A stretch of DNA of 64,000 nucleotides from a virus: positions 7,352 to 71,351 of IMG/VR virus record IMGVR_UViG_3300044695_003856. One strand, written 5' to 3'. Positions 9,650 through 20,242 of the stretch are shown here, one piece after another. Position numbers and translations under genes: made by a program. The notes beneath the pieces are model-generated. The model was not told the origin of the DNA. It made no database searches and saw only the letters and a program-made list of their open reading frames with translations. The stretch's first letter is position 1. Every line of letters begins with the position of its first letter.

Positions 9650-9930
9650 TGAAGTGTTCCTCCTCCTGTAAGTGCAAGTCTTGCTCCTCAAAGAGCAAGA
9701 GCGCTCGTTACTATGCAGCAAACCCTGAAGCTAGGGAGAAGAAGAAAGAGTACGACACCAAGTACCACGCCACTCCTGAGCGGATTAAGTACCGCACAGA
9801 GCTGGGTAAGAAGAACCGCGAGATGGGTAGCAAGAAGGGCGATGGCAAGGACGTGTCCCACACCAAGAACGGAGGCTTCGTCCTGGAGGCTGCTTCCAAG
9901 AACCGGGCTAGAAACCGAGGGAAAAAATGA
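9649..9930 (+). CDS. Small basic protein, possibly a degenerate HNH-like protein
   Basis: KGDGKDVSHTKNGG...ASKNRARN. Confidence 0.55.
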   Translation: MKCSSSCKCKSCSSKSKSARYYAANPEAREKKKEYDTKYHATPERIKYRTELGKKNREMGSKKGDGKDVSHTKNGGFVLEAASKNRARNRGKK

Positions 9931-10271
9931 AAGACGCCTGCTACCACAAAGTCAAAGCACAGTACGATGTATTCCCGTCTGCCAGGGCTAGTCAGGCCAT
10001 TGCCAAATGCCGCAAGGGTTCTGGCTCGGTCCGTAAGACCGAAAAAGGTACTGAGCTGAAGAGATGGCAGAGCGAGAAATGGGTGGACCAGAAGACCGGT
10101 AAAGCCTGTGGTGCCGGTGGGAAGAACGAGTACTGCCGTCCCACGAAACGAGTATCCGAGAAAACCCCTAAGACTGCTTCAGAGATGTCTTCGGCCGAGA
10201 AGCGGAGGAAGATCTCAGAGAAGGAGCGTGTCGGTATGGGGGCAAGAGTAAAGCCAATTAAACGCAAGTAA
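9927..10271 (+). CDS. Small basic phage protein
   Basis: LKRWQSEKWVDQKTGKACG...YCRPTKRVSEKTPKT. Confidence 0.65.
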   Translation: MKDACYHKVKAQYDVFPSARASQAIAKCRKGSGSVRKTEKGTELKRWQSEKWVDQKTGKACGAGGKNEYCRPTKRVSEKTPKTASEMSSAEKRRKISEKERVGMGARVKPIKRK

Positions 10272-10272
10272 T

Positions 10273-10437
10273 ATGCCACTCAAGAAAGCCAGAGGAAAAG
10301 GAGAGAAAGCCATTCAGAAGGCTGTATCTGCCAACATTCAAGAACTCACTCGGGCCAACCGGGAGAAGCCTGCCGGTAAGAAACGTAGTGAAAAACAAAT
10401 TGCAGCAATCGCCTACTCAGCTGCCAGAAAGAAATGA
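10273..10437 (+). CDS. 54-aa basic protein (absent from ORF track)
   Basis: MPLKKARGKG...KQIAAIAYSAARKK; ATGA overlap with the next gene. Confidence 0.65.
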   Translation: MPLKKARGKGEKAIQKAVSANIQELTRANREKPAGKKRSEKQIAAIAYSAARKK

Positions 10438-11048
10438 CCCTAGACTCCAACTCCAAGCACTACCTGGTCCACGCATTGTGGATTGTCATACTCCTGTTCT
10501 CCCTACAAACCTGCATGCAGGAGAGAGAGCGCAGGAAGGAAAAAGAAGCCTTCCTAGAAGCCGTCCAGGACAGCGCTGTGCATTACAAGAAGGTTGGTGA
10601 TGACCTATACGCCCAGAACGCTCTACGGAGCCTCACAATCGACGAACTCAAGCGTAGCAATATCAAGGGTAAGGCAGAGGTAAAGAAGCTCACCAAGAGG
10701 CTCTCTGAGGCTAAAGCGTTTGTTGACATCCTGGTGGTCCATGATACGATACGAGACGTAATTGTACGCAATGACACGATTCCCGGCGATTTCTCCTACT
10801 GGGACTCTTGCTTGGCCCTGTCCGTGGCAAACGATAGCATCACCTACCAGTTGGCTCCCTTGAGCCTACAGCTCGTTCAGCACCGGTATGGTGACTTGGT
10901 GATTGCTTCAGCAAAGGTCGATGGCTGCGGTGTAGTCACAAAGATCTCCGGGTTCTCTGTTGCCCCTCCAAAAAAGAAGTGGTACGAAAATCCCGTACTA
11001 GTGGGGATACTCGGCTTTACGGCCGGAGCATTGGCTATTTCACGATAG
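10434..11048 (+). CDS. Membrane protein, possible spanin-like lysis protein
   Basis: N-terminal TM, coiled coil and C-terminal TM (KKWYENPVLVGILGFTAGALAI). Confidence 0.5.
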   Translation: MTLDSNSKHYLVHALWIVILLFSLQTCMQERERRKEKEAFLEAVQDSAVHYKKVGDDLYAQNALRSLTIDELKRSNIKGKAEVKKLTKRLSEAKAFVDILVVHDTIRDVIVRNDTIPGDFSYWDSCLALSVANDSITYQLAPLSLQLVQHRYGDLVIASAKVDGCGVVTKISGFSVAPPKKKWYENPVLVGILGFTAGALAISR

Positions 11049-11307
11049 TGAAAGAGAGGTCAACTTGAATGCCTAAGACATGAGCCAAAGCCATTACTTC
11101 CTTTTGAGAAGCATAGCTTGGGGTTCTCTCGAAGTACGGCTCTGCCATGTACTTGCGGATACGATCGTAGTCTATCTCGTTCTCCTCACAGACCTTCTTT
11201 AGAGAGGTCTGTTTCCTTTTAATCTGTAGCTTAATTACCGCCCTAAGGCGGCTATTGCTCCTCAGTATGCAGTACTTGAAGGAGCGAATGTTTATTGGTT
11301 CGCTCAT
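11035..11307 (-). CDS. Small HTH-like protein
   Basis: SLKKVCEENEIDYDRIRKY...VMALAHVLGI; coupled to the stop of the giant gene. Confidence 0.5.
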   Translation of the reverse strand: MSEPINIRSFKYCILRSNSRLRAVIKLQIKRKQTSLKKVCEENEIDYDRIRKYMAEPYFERTPSYASQKEVMALAHVLGIQVDLSFTIVK

Positions 11308-14300
11308 TTCTTCCTGTTGGACTTCAGCAGGATGTCGACGATTTCGCTTTTCTCGTTTTCGCTAATGATGTCGAAAGTTGACAGAGTCTCAAGGTAGTCC
11401 ATGGCTTCTTGTTCGTCCTTTATGGCATTGAACTCGTCGGCGACAAAGTTGACCCTTTTTGTGCTAGGCATTTTCTTTATCTCCAGGAACTCCTTTGGCA
11501 ACGCATTCTCGTAGACCTTTTTGTCAAAGTCATCTTGAATCTGTCGAACCAGCTCCTCGGCCTTGTCGTACTTGGTTGCTCCGGATTGCAAGGAGATAAG
11601 TCTCGCTATAGCCGCGTCCTTTTCGGACTCTGTAGTCGCTTCTGAGTACTGCCTGGCAATAATTGATGTAGCGCTCTTGTACTCACTCTTCTGCTTGGAT
11701 TCAAACTTTTGCTTTTCCGTTGGAGATAGCTTTTCCATCAACAATGGATCCGTGGACATCGCCTTTTGGAACAGCTTCTCTTTCGCCTTGTTCTCGCTTA
11801 TGAATCCGCTAAGCCTAGCCACTCGCTCCATCGTTGTAAAGCTGTCAGATAGGAACCCGTCGCTCATTTGTACGGCAAGCATCCTAGACCTTTCGGTTGG
11901 CAGTCCTGTAAGCGCTTGGATGCCTTGTGTGGTCCCTCTTAGGTTCTCGTCATCGTAGTATGACCTTATTGCGTCACTGATGTTTCTCAGCTTTATGCTA
12001 ACCGAAGGCACAGACTCTATGAGTTCAGGGGTGATGTCCAAAGCCATCCTCACCTTTGAGGCATCCTGTTCGGCCTCGACTAGTTGGTACCCGGTCTTGA
12101 GAATCGCAGAGCCTATTGCTCCATAAAGGCCAAACGACTTGGTTGCATCAACGGCCAGATCCAAAGCAACTCTCCTCACCCTCTTGTCTCCCCTCAGTTT
12201 CTTTAGCTCTTCGTCTTCGTCGTCACCTTCAAATATTGACTCAAAGAGTGGTCTCAATAGCCTAAAGGCAACCGAAGACCCAATAGCAGACCACATAAAC
12301 ACGTTCATGTTTTGTACTAAGTCGCCTTCTCCTCTCTGAATCCTTTTGACGGCCATTATTGCTTGTCGGTGGAGCTGAGGCACGATGGTGGCAAAAGAGT
12401 AAAGAGTTGTCCTGTGCCTTGATTCAGCAGAACTCATCATTTCTTCATTCTTTGTTTGCAGAAACGACTCAGCTAAATCCATAGTCTTTTCTTCAGCGTA
12501 ATCTCTCGCCTCTTGAACCGTCATTGTTTTTCTTGCATTTTCATATTCCCTGACGTATATGGGCAAGGACAACATTATCGACGCGGCATCAAAATACGCG
12601 GAAGGTGCGGCACCAAGAGATATTAATGCTTTATTAAACTGACTCACATAGGTAGAGAAACCCCTATCGTCCGATGGTATGGATTTCACAATTGCGGCTG
12701 CATCAATTCTTGACCCAAGTCTCTCTTGCAACAAGAGTCCCGACTTCAATGAAACAAACGAATCTCTAAGATCCGCTTTTCCACTTATCAGCATCGATAG
12801 CCCATCTAAGTAGTTGGTAATACCGTATGAAAGGATTGGGCCAGGGAAAGAAGCAAGTTGAGAAAATGCTGACCCAAAATTAAAAAACATTTGTAGTCCA
12901 AGACCTAAATTGAGCCATTTACCCAGAGCCCCTTCAGATGTCTTCCTCATTAACCAAGAGTCTTGCTGACGAGAGGTGATGTACCTGCCAATGTTTTCCC
13001 TTAATTCCTCTGTAGTGTTCTTCCCGAAATAAGACGAGATTAAGTCGGAGTTCTCTTTGTTGAAGACGGCCTGAAATCTCTTCAGTATTGGCAGTTTAGC
13101 TGCCGTGTTACTCATCGAATCAAAGTACTCGCCGAGTTGTGCGTCGTAGCTCTTTACCTTTACCTTACCGCCGGAAACCCTTTCAATCATAAAGCGGGAC
13201 ATAGCACTAACCGCATTTGTGCTCAGACCCTCGTCAAGAAGAGCGTCGACGTCTGGAACCTGATTATTCATTTCAGACTCGACACTTGATGGGAAGTACT
13301 CTATCTCGGATGGAACCGAGTTGTTGTAGATCCTGTTGAGTATTTCGCCAATGAAGTCGTCGTTTTTGTATGCAGACAAGTTGAGCGTTCTTGGATTTAG
13401 CAGTTCGGAGCTTATGTTGTTCTCCTCCATGACCCGTGCAGCCGTTTGAGCAGCTCGCTTTATTAGAGCCTGGTCATTATTCATTAACTCCCGAATGTCA
13501 TCGTTCTCCTTTAGATTAACGAAGTCAACAATGTCCCTCATGGACTGTTCGCTTAGCCCAATCTTTCTTTCGCCTTTGCCGTCCTTCTTCAAGAAGTGCG
13601 GGTCCTTCATAAGTTGATAAAAGAACAAGACGTTATTGATATTCAACTTTGTTATTTCTTTTCCATTCTCGTCTTTAATGACGAGCTTCTCGCCATTAAT
13701 CATTGGCGTTGAAAGCATGCGTCTTGTGTATGCGAATCGGTTTCCAAACAATCCAGTTATTACGTTGCCCCTATTCTTGTTGAGCTCTGCATTAAGCCTT
13801 TTCTTTTGAAATGTTCCGGCCTTAACTTGATCCTGGAGCCTGTTGAAGAAGTCAATAGTTTCCTGTGAAGGAGTTTTGCCCTTTAGCTTGTCTAGGAGGT
13901 AAATCAGCCCCCCACCAACGGTGGTTCGGTAAAAGCTACCTTTGCCGCGCTTTACGTTGTTCGGATTTGGAGCCGTTGTGGTTCCTCCAAATGTGGTCCT
14001 CTTATCAAACATGGATGACAGAATGTCAAACTCTTCAACAGAGTCCACAATGATTTCTCCATTATTGATGCTGACCTGGTTGGAGTTGTTTCCCTTGTTT
14101 TGCGACAAGAACTCCCTGGCCTCGTTTGCGTCCTTGAACTCAACGACAGACCTTTCGTTTTGGTTTGTTATAGCACTTTTTGCGTTCTTCTCGTCTGCTG
14201 CTTTTTGAGCAGCCAAAGACTCAATTAGCTGTCCTTGGTTTATTCGGCCATCCTTGTAGGTCTGTGCGGCTATCTCATTGTAGGACAAGAGTTGCTCGTC

Positions 14301-17300
14301 GCTGAGTTTTTTTACACCTCCAAGGGCCTCGATTTCTTCCCTTATTCCAATAAGGATGTCAGAGCTGGACTTGTCAAGCTTTCGTTCCGTCGTTAAGGAC
14401 GAGATTTGCTTGAATATCTTCTGATCGCTTAGGAGCTTTGTTAGGTTACCCTGGAGCGTCGCTCTTGCATCTTGAAGTTCTTTGTCAAGGAGAGCCTTTT
14501 TTGCTTTCTGTAGCCCTGAATAAACCTTTGGGTAAGCCTTGACCACCTCTTTCGCCCAGACTTGCTTAGCAGCTGATAAAACAGCTGCTTCGTTAAATCC
14601 TTCAATAAGGTTGGAGGTCTTTTCGAGGAAGCCTTTGAAGGTCACCATGCCGTTATCAAGCTCTAACTTGATGTACTTGGCTAAAGCCTTTAGGAAGGCG
14701 ATGTCTTCTTTTGAGTTACCCTCTGGGTCAAATGCAATGCCCATCTTCTTGAGTCCGTCAAAGTACTTCTTTGCTGTCTCACGAAACTCTTTGCGTTGCT
14801 CTGCAATGGTTTTTGCTGGCTTTGCTTCGGGAGTTTGTCCGAGTAGCTCGTCTACAGCATTTATCAATTCAGGGTTAGATCCATCTGCTTTGGCTTTGTG
14901 GTAGGCGTTAGAAATTGATTTTGCCCAAAATCGAACTCCGTCCTTTTTTAATTTCTTGGAAGGCCTTATCACTTCGCCATCTTTTGACGCAATGTCATAG
15001 GCTATTGTCGCTATTCCTACGCCTTTTTTGCTAGTATACGATTCTTCTGACGAAAAGCTGCCATCGCTATTTCTTTTAAATTCAAAGGAGCCAACCTCCT
15101 CACCATTTGTGTTTTTTATTGTGACAAAAAACGTTTTGTTTGCAGACAGCTTTGTTTTTGAGACTTGATATATGTCGCCATTCTTGTCGGTCATATAGGT
15201 TTTCCCGTCACTCCCTTCATTGAAAGATGAAAGCCCTGATTGAGGCCAGGATATGTCTCCATAATCAACGTTTATTGCCGTTGGCGTTTCCTCGCCGCTT
15301 TCTAAACGAAATTTGTCAGATGCCAGTCCCTCCAACGCCTTCGCGGTAGCCTCTACCCTCGCCTCAGGCTGGGCCTTCGGTCTTCCCTTCATCACCTCGA
15401 TCGACTTCTCTCCGTTCTCTACAGCTTGTAGTATCCTGTTGTATCCATCAATCACTTCTCCGTTGGATGAAACGATAGGTGGTACAGCTGCAGTAGTACC
15501 TGCAGTCTCTCTCATCTCGCCTGCGGCGATGTATTCTTCCAAAGATGGATCGTTCTTCCGTAGTTCGTCAATGCTTGCTGTTTCCCGAGTGTAGTCTTCT
15601 GACGCAATCCTCCTAAGAGTAAAGTCGGAGAAGCCTTGGTCTGACTGCATCTCTGAAGCCATCCTGGCAACATCTTCGCCGGTCTCAACCTTAGTACCTG
15701 GTTGCGCTTGTCTCAAATAGCTTGACACGTCTACCTCTTGTTTTGCCTTAGCAGTAGGTATACGAACATGAGCCTCGTTTCCGAAAGTGTCATCGATCTG
15801 CAATTCTTCTACGGGAACATTGAGTTTAACAATGGCCTTCCCATATCCTTCTGCTTGCCCAGTTTCTTTAGTTGAAAAGAACACCCCATCTTCTAGACCG
15901 GTCATTTTGCCCGATTCTTCAATTTGGCTTTTTTTCTCAGAGCTAGTCCTATGATAGACTGTGACCATCCCGTTTTCGTCTATCTCTGCGCCATTGTTGG
16001 ATAGTTCTTCCAAAAGGTCTTGTGCATTAAGCAGCGCGTCTCCACTTAATCTTTTTGACAAACCAACACCCTCAGCCGATTTTGGCTGGGCTTGTGGAGC
16101 GCGGACCATGTCGACTCCTTCTCCTGGATTTTCGTCAAGATATTCCAGTAGCGATTTTTCGCTTGAGAAGTCTCCGCCAAAAGCATCATTTAAGTCAATT
16201 GTAAACCCGAATTTCTTGTAAAAAGAAACCAGCTTAGACGGAGACATGGCCTTAGTTCCGAATGGGCTTGCATACAAGGTCAACTTTGTTCCAAGTTCAT
16301 CCGCGGCAGACGTAATGTCAGACATGACCTCGGATCCAACACCTTTGCCAGTGTCATCTATCGCCATTATGGACCTTAATGCAACCTCATTTCTGTCTCC
16401 TTTGTCAAATCGGTCAAACTCAACAAGGGCCTTGCCGTTGTAAACGAATCCATCACCAAAAAACGGAATCTCCAATCCGCCCAAAGAAGACAGCCTGTTT
16501 AGAAACCGGTTTAAAACTTTGTCATTTGAAAAATCACGCTCTTCAACTTCTTGTGCTACGACCTTTGTCTCTTTTGCTTTTTCGGACTTGTTGTAGTCAT
16601 CAACGAGTTTTTCAATCGCTTCTTCCTTTGTGCTTCCAAGGATTCCCTTAAATGGATTTGTTGCTGTTCCCGGACCAAACATTGTCTCCGTATTCATCCA
16701 GAATTGAATGCTTCTGTCGTACCATAGTCTCCCAATAACGCGATCGCCAAGACGAACCTCCCATTCTGCGTCGAATTTGAAATCTTCCCCTTTGACTACC
16801 TTGACATCTTTAACACTAATGTCTCCTTCCTGCGGGATAGATGCTTCCTCTTTGGTCAATCCGGAATCGGCAAATTTGGCGCCCAAATACTGCTCAAACT
16901 TCGCCTTACCCCAGTCTCCATCAATCCTTGAACTGATGTAATCCGATGCAGCCTTAACGGCCTGGGCAAGGCTTTGCCCGGCGTCAATAGCGAGTATGGC
17001 TGTATCAATAGCTGTGTTCCATACGGCCTTGCTGATTGGCACAATACCAAAGGTCAAGTCGATGTTTGCTCTGCCTCCTGGCTTCGCTTCCAAAGCGCGA
17101 AGTGTCTCCTTCAGCTTGTCCAATATCGCCTTACCCTCATCGGCCTTCTGCTGTTCTGTCTTCCTTGTTTTTTTGCCAGTAGCAGGAGGGGTTTCCCCCT
17201 CCTGTGCTACAGCGGGAGGAGTTACTTGCCCTTCTTGGCGCCCTTCTTCTTGAGGAACGGGGGTAACATCTTCTCCTTGGCCTCTCCCTTCTTGGGGGGC

Positions 17301-20240
17301 ATTGGTTTCTTGCCGTACATCTTGTTCGGTTTGAGGTTCTACTCCGACAGCTGCAGGTGTCGTTCCTGTTTCCGCAATATTGGGGAAAATCTTTACGAGT
17401 CGTTTAACTGGAACAACGCGCTGTATTGTGCTTAGGAGAGCCCCCTCTGGGACTGTACCAATTTGGCGCTGAGACTCAGCAATAGCAATATCCAAAGCCA
17501 ACTCCTGATCGTCAACCTGTATCTCATTGCCAGACTGAGCGTCACGCAATACGACAGACGTCAAGTTTCCATCTTCGCTAAAGTTGGAAGATACGTACTC
17601 CATGTTTGTAAATGGAGTGCTCGGAGATACATCGTCTCCAAGTTTTAGCAAGCCTTGCTGGGCCTTGTACTCTCCGTTCTTCTGACGCTTCATTTCAGCC
17701 TCAGAAACGAATTGGTACTTTAAGCCGGTTCTTGACTGGGTAATGGGGACCTTGGTAAGGACGAGGAATCCTCGTTCTCCGGTCTGAGGGTTGGTGACTG
17801 GGGTTCCGAAGAATCGGTCTGTGGAGACTTTTTGCGGTAACCCTGGTTTAGCAAATCTGACAACACCCTTAACCTGTCTTGCTTTTCCAGTTTGCTCAGT
17901 AGTAGTAATTGTTGCGAATTCATAGTCTAATAGGTTGTCAATTTGTAACTCAATTAACTGAGAAAGAGATTGCTTTTCTGCCTCAGATAGGTTTTCGGAC
18001 TCTAAGATACGAGTTTGTTCGTCAATCATCTGCTCGGCTACAGCCTCAATCTCGGCCATGTCGATTTCCTCGGCATTGGTCATCCTTTGAGTCAACGGAT
18101 TAAGGATTGGATCAATTCTTTCAGAGATGACGTTTAAGACGTTTTGGTCTGATTCCGGTATCTGTAGCTCAATGCCTTGAGAAGTCTCGACAGGGGCCAC
18201 CTGTGTGGCTGTGCCGGCGTCTGTCCGTTCCTGCTCCTCTTTGTAAATCTGGTCGATCTCTCCCTGAAGCTTGGTAATCTTCTTTTCAATAGTTTCTCGC
18301 TGTGAAGGCGATGTGCGATTGTTTATTTGACCATCAAGCCTGTCAATCTCAAGCATGTTATCAGCCACCTTCCTGGCATTGATGTCATCGAATTCTTGCG
18401 GTATCGACTCGTAAACATTCGACACCTTTTTTAAACGATCGGTGTTCTTCTTGTAAGACTCTCCCTTGAACTTGTCTTTGTTCTCCTCGAACAAGTCCAT
18501 GACTGAATCTATGTCGCCCTTTCTCCCCACATGGTGATACAAGTCCTCTTTGAACCTAGCCCCGTTTGAAATAAATCCTACACCGGCCAAGGGCGTTACC
18601 GCTATGGCTGTGTTTACGACGATGTCTTTGTAGTCAGAAAGCTCTGCCGGCCTGGGAGCAAATTGCTCCGACTGCTCAAGACCAGCCATTTGGTTTCGAA
18701 CGGACTCATTAATGGCCTCTTGGGCCACTTGGTCGATAATCTCTTCGGTTATCTCAACGCCTTGAGCCGCAGCGAAAGCCTTACTGGCCTGGTAGGCTCC
18801 ACGAATGGCTACCTCAAGCCCCTTGCCTGAAGCCAAAGCCCTTACGGCGTTGTCCGCAAAAGACTTGGCCATTCCCAACTTAACAAACTTGTTAATGGGC
18901 ACTACGTTCTCAATTAATCCAGTCTTCAAGGAAGCCATGCCAGCTAATGCGGCCCGTGTTTGCGGGTCTATTTTAGCACCGGTTTCAATAGCGGCCCTGT
19001 CTATCTCGTTGGCGTATTCGTCGTAAGTCGTTGCGGTAGTTCCAATTGTAGCCAAAGCCGTTTGTGCGACACGCCCGTAAGGCGTAGAAAACGCTGCAAT
19101 AGCAGGGATCATATTGAGACCTTGCTCAAAGATGAAACCAACGGCGTTGCCAACGCCTCCAGTAAAGCCTCCCTTTTTAGAGTCATACGGAGCTTTAAAT
19201 GCAGCCATACGCGGGTCCTTGGTTGACATCTGACTGTCCATTAACCCGGACTTCATCTTGTCGCCAATCCCGGTAGCACCAAGGGTGCTAAACAAGTCCG
19301 CAGCCACATAGCCAAGACCAGCCCCGAAACGTGAAAGCGATAAAGCTGCCTTCCCAAAGAAATTGGTCTCTTCAATGTCTTGCGCTTCCTTGTTCGCTTC
19401 CTCGTTTAATTGGTTGAGCTCTTGCCCGTATTGATTGACTTGCTCAAGAAGCGGACTCGCCACTTGAAGTACTTGTTCGAATTCTCCAAACAACGATTCG
19501 TATTGACTGCCGATTTCCTCAGCGCTCTGCCTTGTTTGATTGTAAGACTGCTCATCTCCCATTGCTTCGTAATACTTCATCTTACCAAAAAGAGAAGTCA
19601 ATTCTTGCCCTAAAATCTCTCTGTCTTGCTGCAACTGAGGGTCTGAAGATTTAGCCATAAAGTCGTTCCAAGAAAGCGGGGCGTCTGGGTATAGGTCGTT
19701 GTATTGCTCTTCAGCAAACCTCAAGTTTACGTCTAACGCGTTTCTTAGCGCAGAAGTCCTCGCCAACTTGGACTCTGATCCGACAGCTCCCTCTTGTGCC
19801 ACGGAAGTGAAGTAGTCGCGAATGGATTCTACGTCCTTCTTTCCTTTTGTGAAATCAAGGATTTGCTGACCTTCAAGGGTATTTGAAAAGGTGGTTGGTA
19901 GGAACTCAATGTCTTCTGCCGGTCTTTGCGGAGCAGCCATTTCTCCACCAACAAAGCCTCCAGTAAAGGGAGGCAGCATTGGTTCCTCAAGACCACTTCT
20001 CCCGCGTTGTGGAGCCACAGCGGTCCTAGATAAAGGCTCCGCTGTCTTTAAGTCTTCAAGAAGGTTCCCAGTTCTTTTGGCTATTCTGCCGACCTGGCCG
20101 TCAAAGATGACGTCGTCCTTGTACTGTGGGTTGTCTGTGATCCATGCTTGGACAAGTGAAACATCGTCAATGTTTGCAGCGTCTTGGCCAAGGTCTTGTC
20201 GCAATGCGCTTGCAAGGTCTCTGTATTTTATTTTTGGCAC
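11304..20240 (-). CDS. Giant (2978 aa) virion-ejected polyvalent protein with GNAT, ART-like and ParB-like inserts
   Basis: Last of the ejected-protein block; internal motifs GKGVGSEVM...LVSFYKKFGF, VTVYHRT...VFFST, PPIV...IDGYNR, KGVGIATIAY. Confidence 0.65.
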   Translation of the reverse strand: MPKIKYRDLASALRQDLGQDAANIDDVSLVQAWITDNPQYKDDVIFDGQVGRIAKRTGNLLEDLKTAEPLSRTAVAPQRGRSGLEEPMLPPFTGGFVGGEMAAPQRPAEDIEFLPTTFSNTLEGQQILDFTKGKKDVESIRDYFTSVAQEGAVGSESKLARTSALRNALDVNLRFAEEQYNDLYPDAPLSWNDFMAKSSDPQLQQDREILGQELTSLFGKMKYYEAMGDEQSYNQTRQSAEEIGSQYESLFGEFEQVLQVASPLLEQVNQYGQELNQLNEEANKEAQDIEETNFFGKAALSLSRFGAGLGYVAADLFSTLGATGIGDKMKSGLMDSQMSTKDPRMAAFKAPYDSKKGGFTGGVGNAVGFIFEQGLNMIPAIAAFSTPYGRVAQTALATIGTTATTYDEYANEIDRAAIETGAKIDPQTRAALAGMASLKTGLIENVVPINKFVKLGMAKSFADNAVRALASGKGLEVAIRGAYQASKAFAAAQGVEITEEIIDQVAQEAINESVRNQMAGLEQSEQFAPRPAELSDYKDIVVNTAIAVTPLAGVGFISNGARFKEDLYHHVGRKGDIDSVMDLFEENKDKFKGESYKKNTDRLKKVSNVYESIPQEFDDINARKVADNMLEIDRLDGQINNRTSPSQRETIEKKITKLQGEIDQIYKEEQERTDAGTATQVAPVETSQGIELQIPESDQNVLNVISERIDPILNPLTQRMTNAEEIDMAEIEAVAEQMIDEQTRILESENLSEAEKQSLSQLIELQIDNLLDYEFATITTTEQTGKARQVKGVVRFAKPGLPQKVSTDRFFGTPVTNPQTGERGFLVLTKVPITQSRTGLKYQFVSEAEMKRQKNGEYKAQQGLLKLGDDVSPSTPFTNMEYVSSNFSEDGNLTSVVLRDAQSGNEIQVDDQELALDIAIAESQRQIGTVPEGALLSTIQRVVPVKRLVKIFPNIAETGTTPAAVGVEPQTEQDVRQETNAPQEGRGQGEDVTPVPQEEGRQEGQVTPPAVAQEGETPPATGKKTRKTEQQKADEGKAILDKLKETLRALEAKPGGRANIDLTFGIVPISKAVWNTAIDTAILAIDAGQSLAQAVKAASDYISSRIDGDWGKAKFEQYLGAKFADSGLTKEEASIPQEGDISVKDVKVVKGEDFKFDAEWEVRLGDRVIGRLWYDRSIQFWMNTETMFGPGTATNPFKGILGSTKEEAIEKLVDDYNKSEKAKETKVVAQEVEERDFSNDKVLNRFLNRLSSLGGLEIPFFGDGFVYNGKALVEFDRFDKGDRNEVALRSIMAIDDTGKGVGSEVMSDITSAADELGTKLTLYASPFGTKAMSPSKLVSFYKKFGFTIDLNDAFGGDFSSEKSLLEYLDENPGEGVDMVRAPQAQPKSAEGVGLSKRLSGDALLNAQDLLEELSNNGAEIDENGMVTVYHRTSSEKKSQIEESGKMTGLEDGVFFSTKETGQAEGYGKAIVKLNVPVEELQIDDTFGNEAHVRIPTAKAKQEVDVSSYLRQAQPGTKVETGEDVARMASEMQSDQGFSDFTLRRIASEDYTRETASIDELRKNDPSLEEYIAAGEMRETAGTTAAVPPIVSSNGEVIDGYNRILQAVENGEKSIEVMKGRPKAQPEARVEATAKALEGLASDKFRLESGEETPTAINVDYGDISWPQSGLSSFNEGSDGKTYMTDKNGDIYQVSKTKLSANKTFFVTIKNTNGEEVGSFEFKRNSDGSFSSEESYTSKKGVGIATIAYDIASKDGEVIRPSKKLKKDGVRFWAKSISNAYHKAKADGSNPELINAVDELLGQTPEAKPAKTIAEQRKEFRETAKKYFDGLKKMGIAFDPEGNSKEDIAFLKALAKYIKLELDNGMVTFKGFLEKTSNLIEGFNEAAVLSAAKQVWAKEVVKAYPKVYSGLQKAKKALLDKELQDARATLQGNLTKLLSDQKIFKQISSLTTERKLDKSSSDILIGIREEIEALGGVKKLSDEQLLSYNEIAAQTYKDGRINQGQLIESLAAQKAADEKNAKSAITNQNERSVVEFKDANEAREFLSQNKGNNSNQVSINNGEIIVDSVEEFDILSSMFDKRTTFGGTTTAPNPNNVKRGKGSFYRTTVGGGLIYLLDKLKGKTPSQETIDFFNRLQDQVKAGTFQKKRLNAELNKNRGNVITGLFGNRFAYTRRMLSTPMINGEKLVIKDENGKEITKLNINNVLFFYQLMKDPHFLKKDGKGERKIGLSEQSMRDIVDFVNLKENDDIRELMNNDQALIKRAAQTAARVMEENNISSELLNPRTLNLSAYKNDDFIGEILNRIYNNSVPSEIEYFPSSVESEMNNQVPDVDALLDEGLSTNAVSAMSRFMIERVSGGKVKVKSYDAQLGEYFDSMSNTAAKLPILKRFQAVFNKENSDLISSYFGKNTTEELRENIGRYITSRQQDSWLMRKTSEGALGKWLNLGLGLQMFFNFGSAFSQLASFPGPILSYGITNYLDGLSMLISGKADLRDSFVSLKSGLLLQERLGSRIDAAAIVKSIPSDDRGFSTYVSQFNKALISLGAAPSAYFDAASIMLSLPIYVREYENARKTMTVQEARDYAEEKTMDLAESFLQTKNEEMMSSAESRHRTTLYSFATIVPQLHRQAIMAVKRIQRGEGDLVQNMNVFMWSAIGSSVAFRLLRPLFESIFEGDDEDEELKKLRGDKRVRRVALDLAVDATKSFGLYGAIGSAILKTGYQLVEAEQDASKVRMALDITPELIESVPSVSIKLRNISDAIRSYYDDENLRGTTQGIQALTGLPTERSRMLAVQMSDGFLSDSFTTMERVARLSGFISENKAKEKLFQKAMSTDPLLMEKLSPTEKQKFESKQKSEYKSATSIIARQYSEATTESEKDAAIARLISLQSGATKYDKAEELVRQIQDDFDKKVYENALPKEFLEIKKMPSTKRVNFVADEFNAIKDEQEAMDYLETLSTFDIISENEKSEIVDILLKSNRKK

Positions 20241-20242
20241 GG

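Noticed and set aside
11304-20240. Virion RNA polymerase as in crAssphage
   Set aside because: No DFDxD/DxDGD catalytic motif found by eye; only polyvalent-type domains were recognised.
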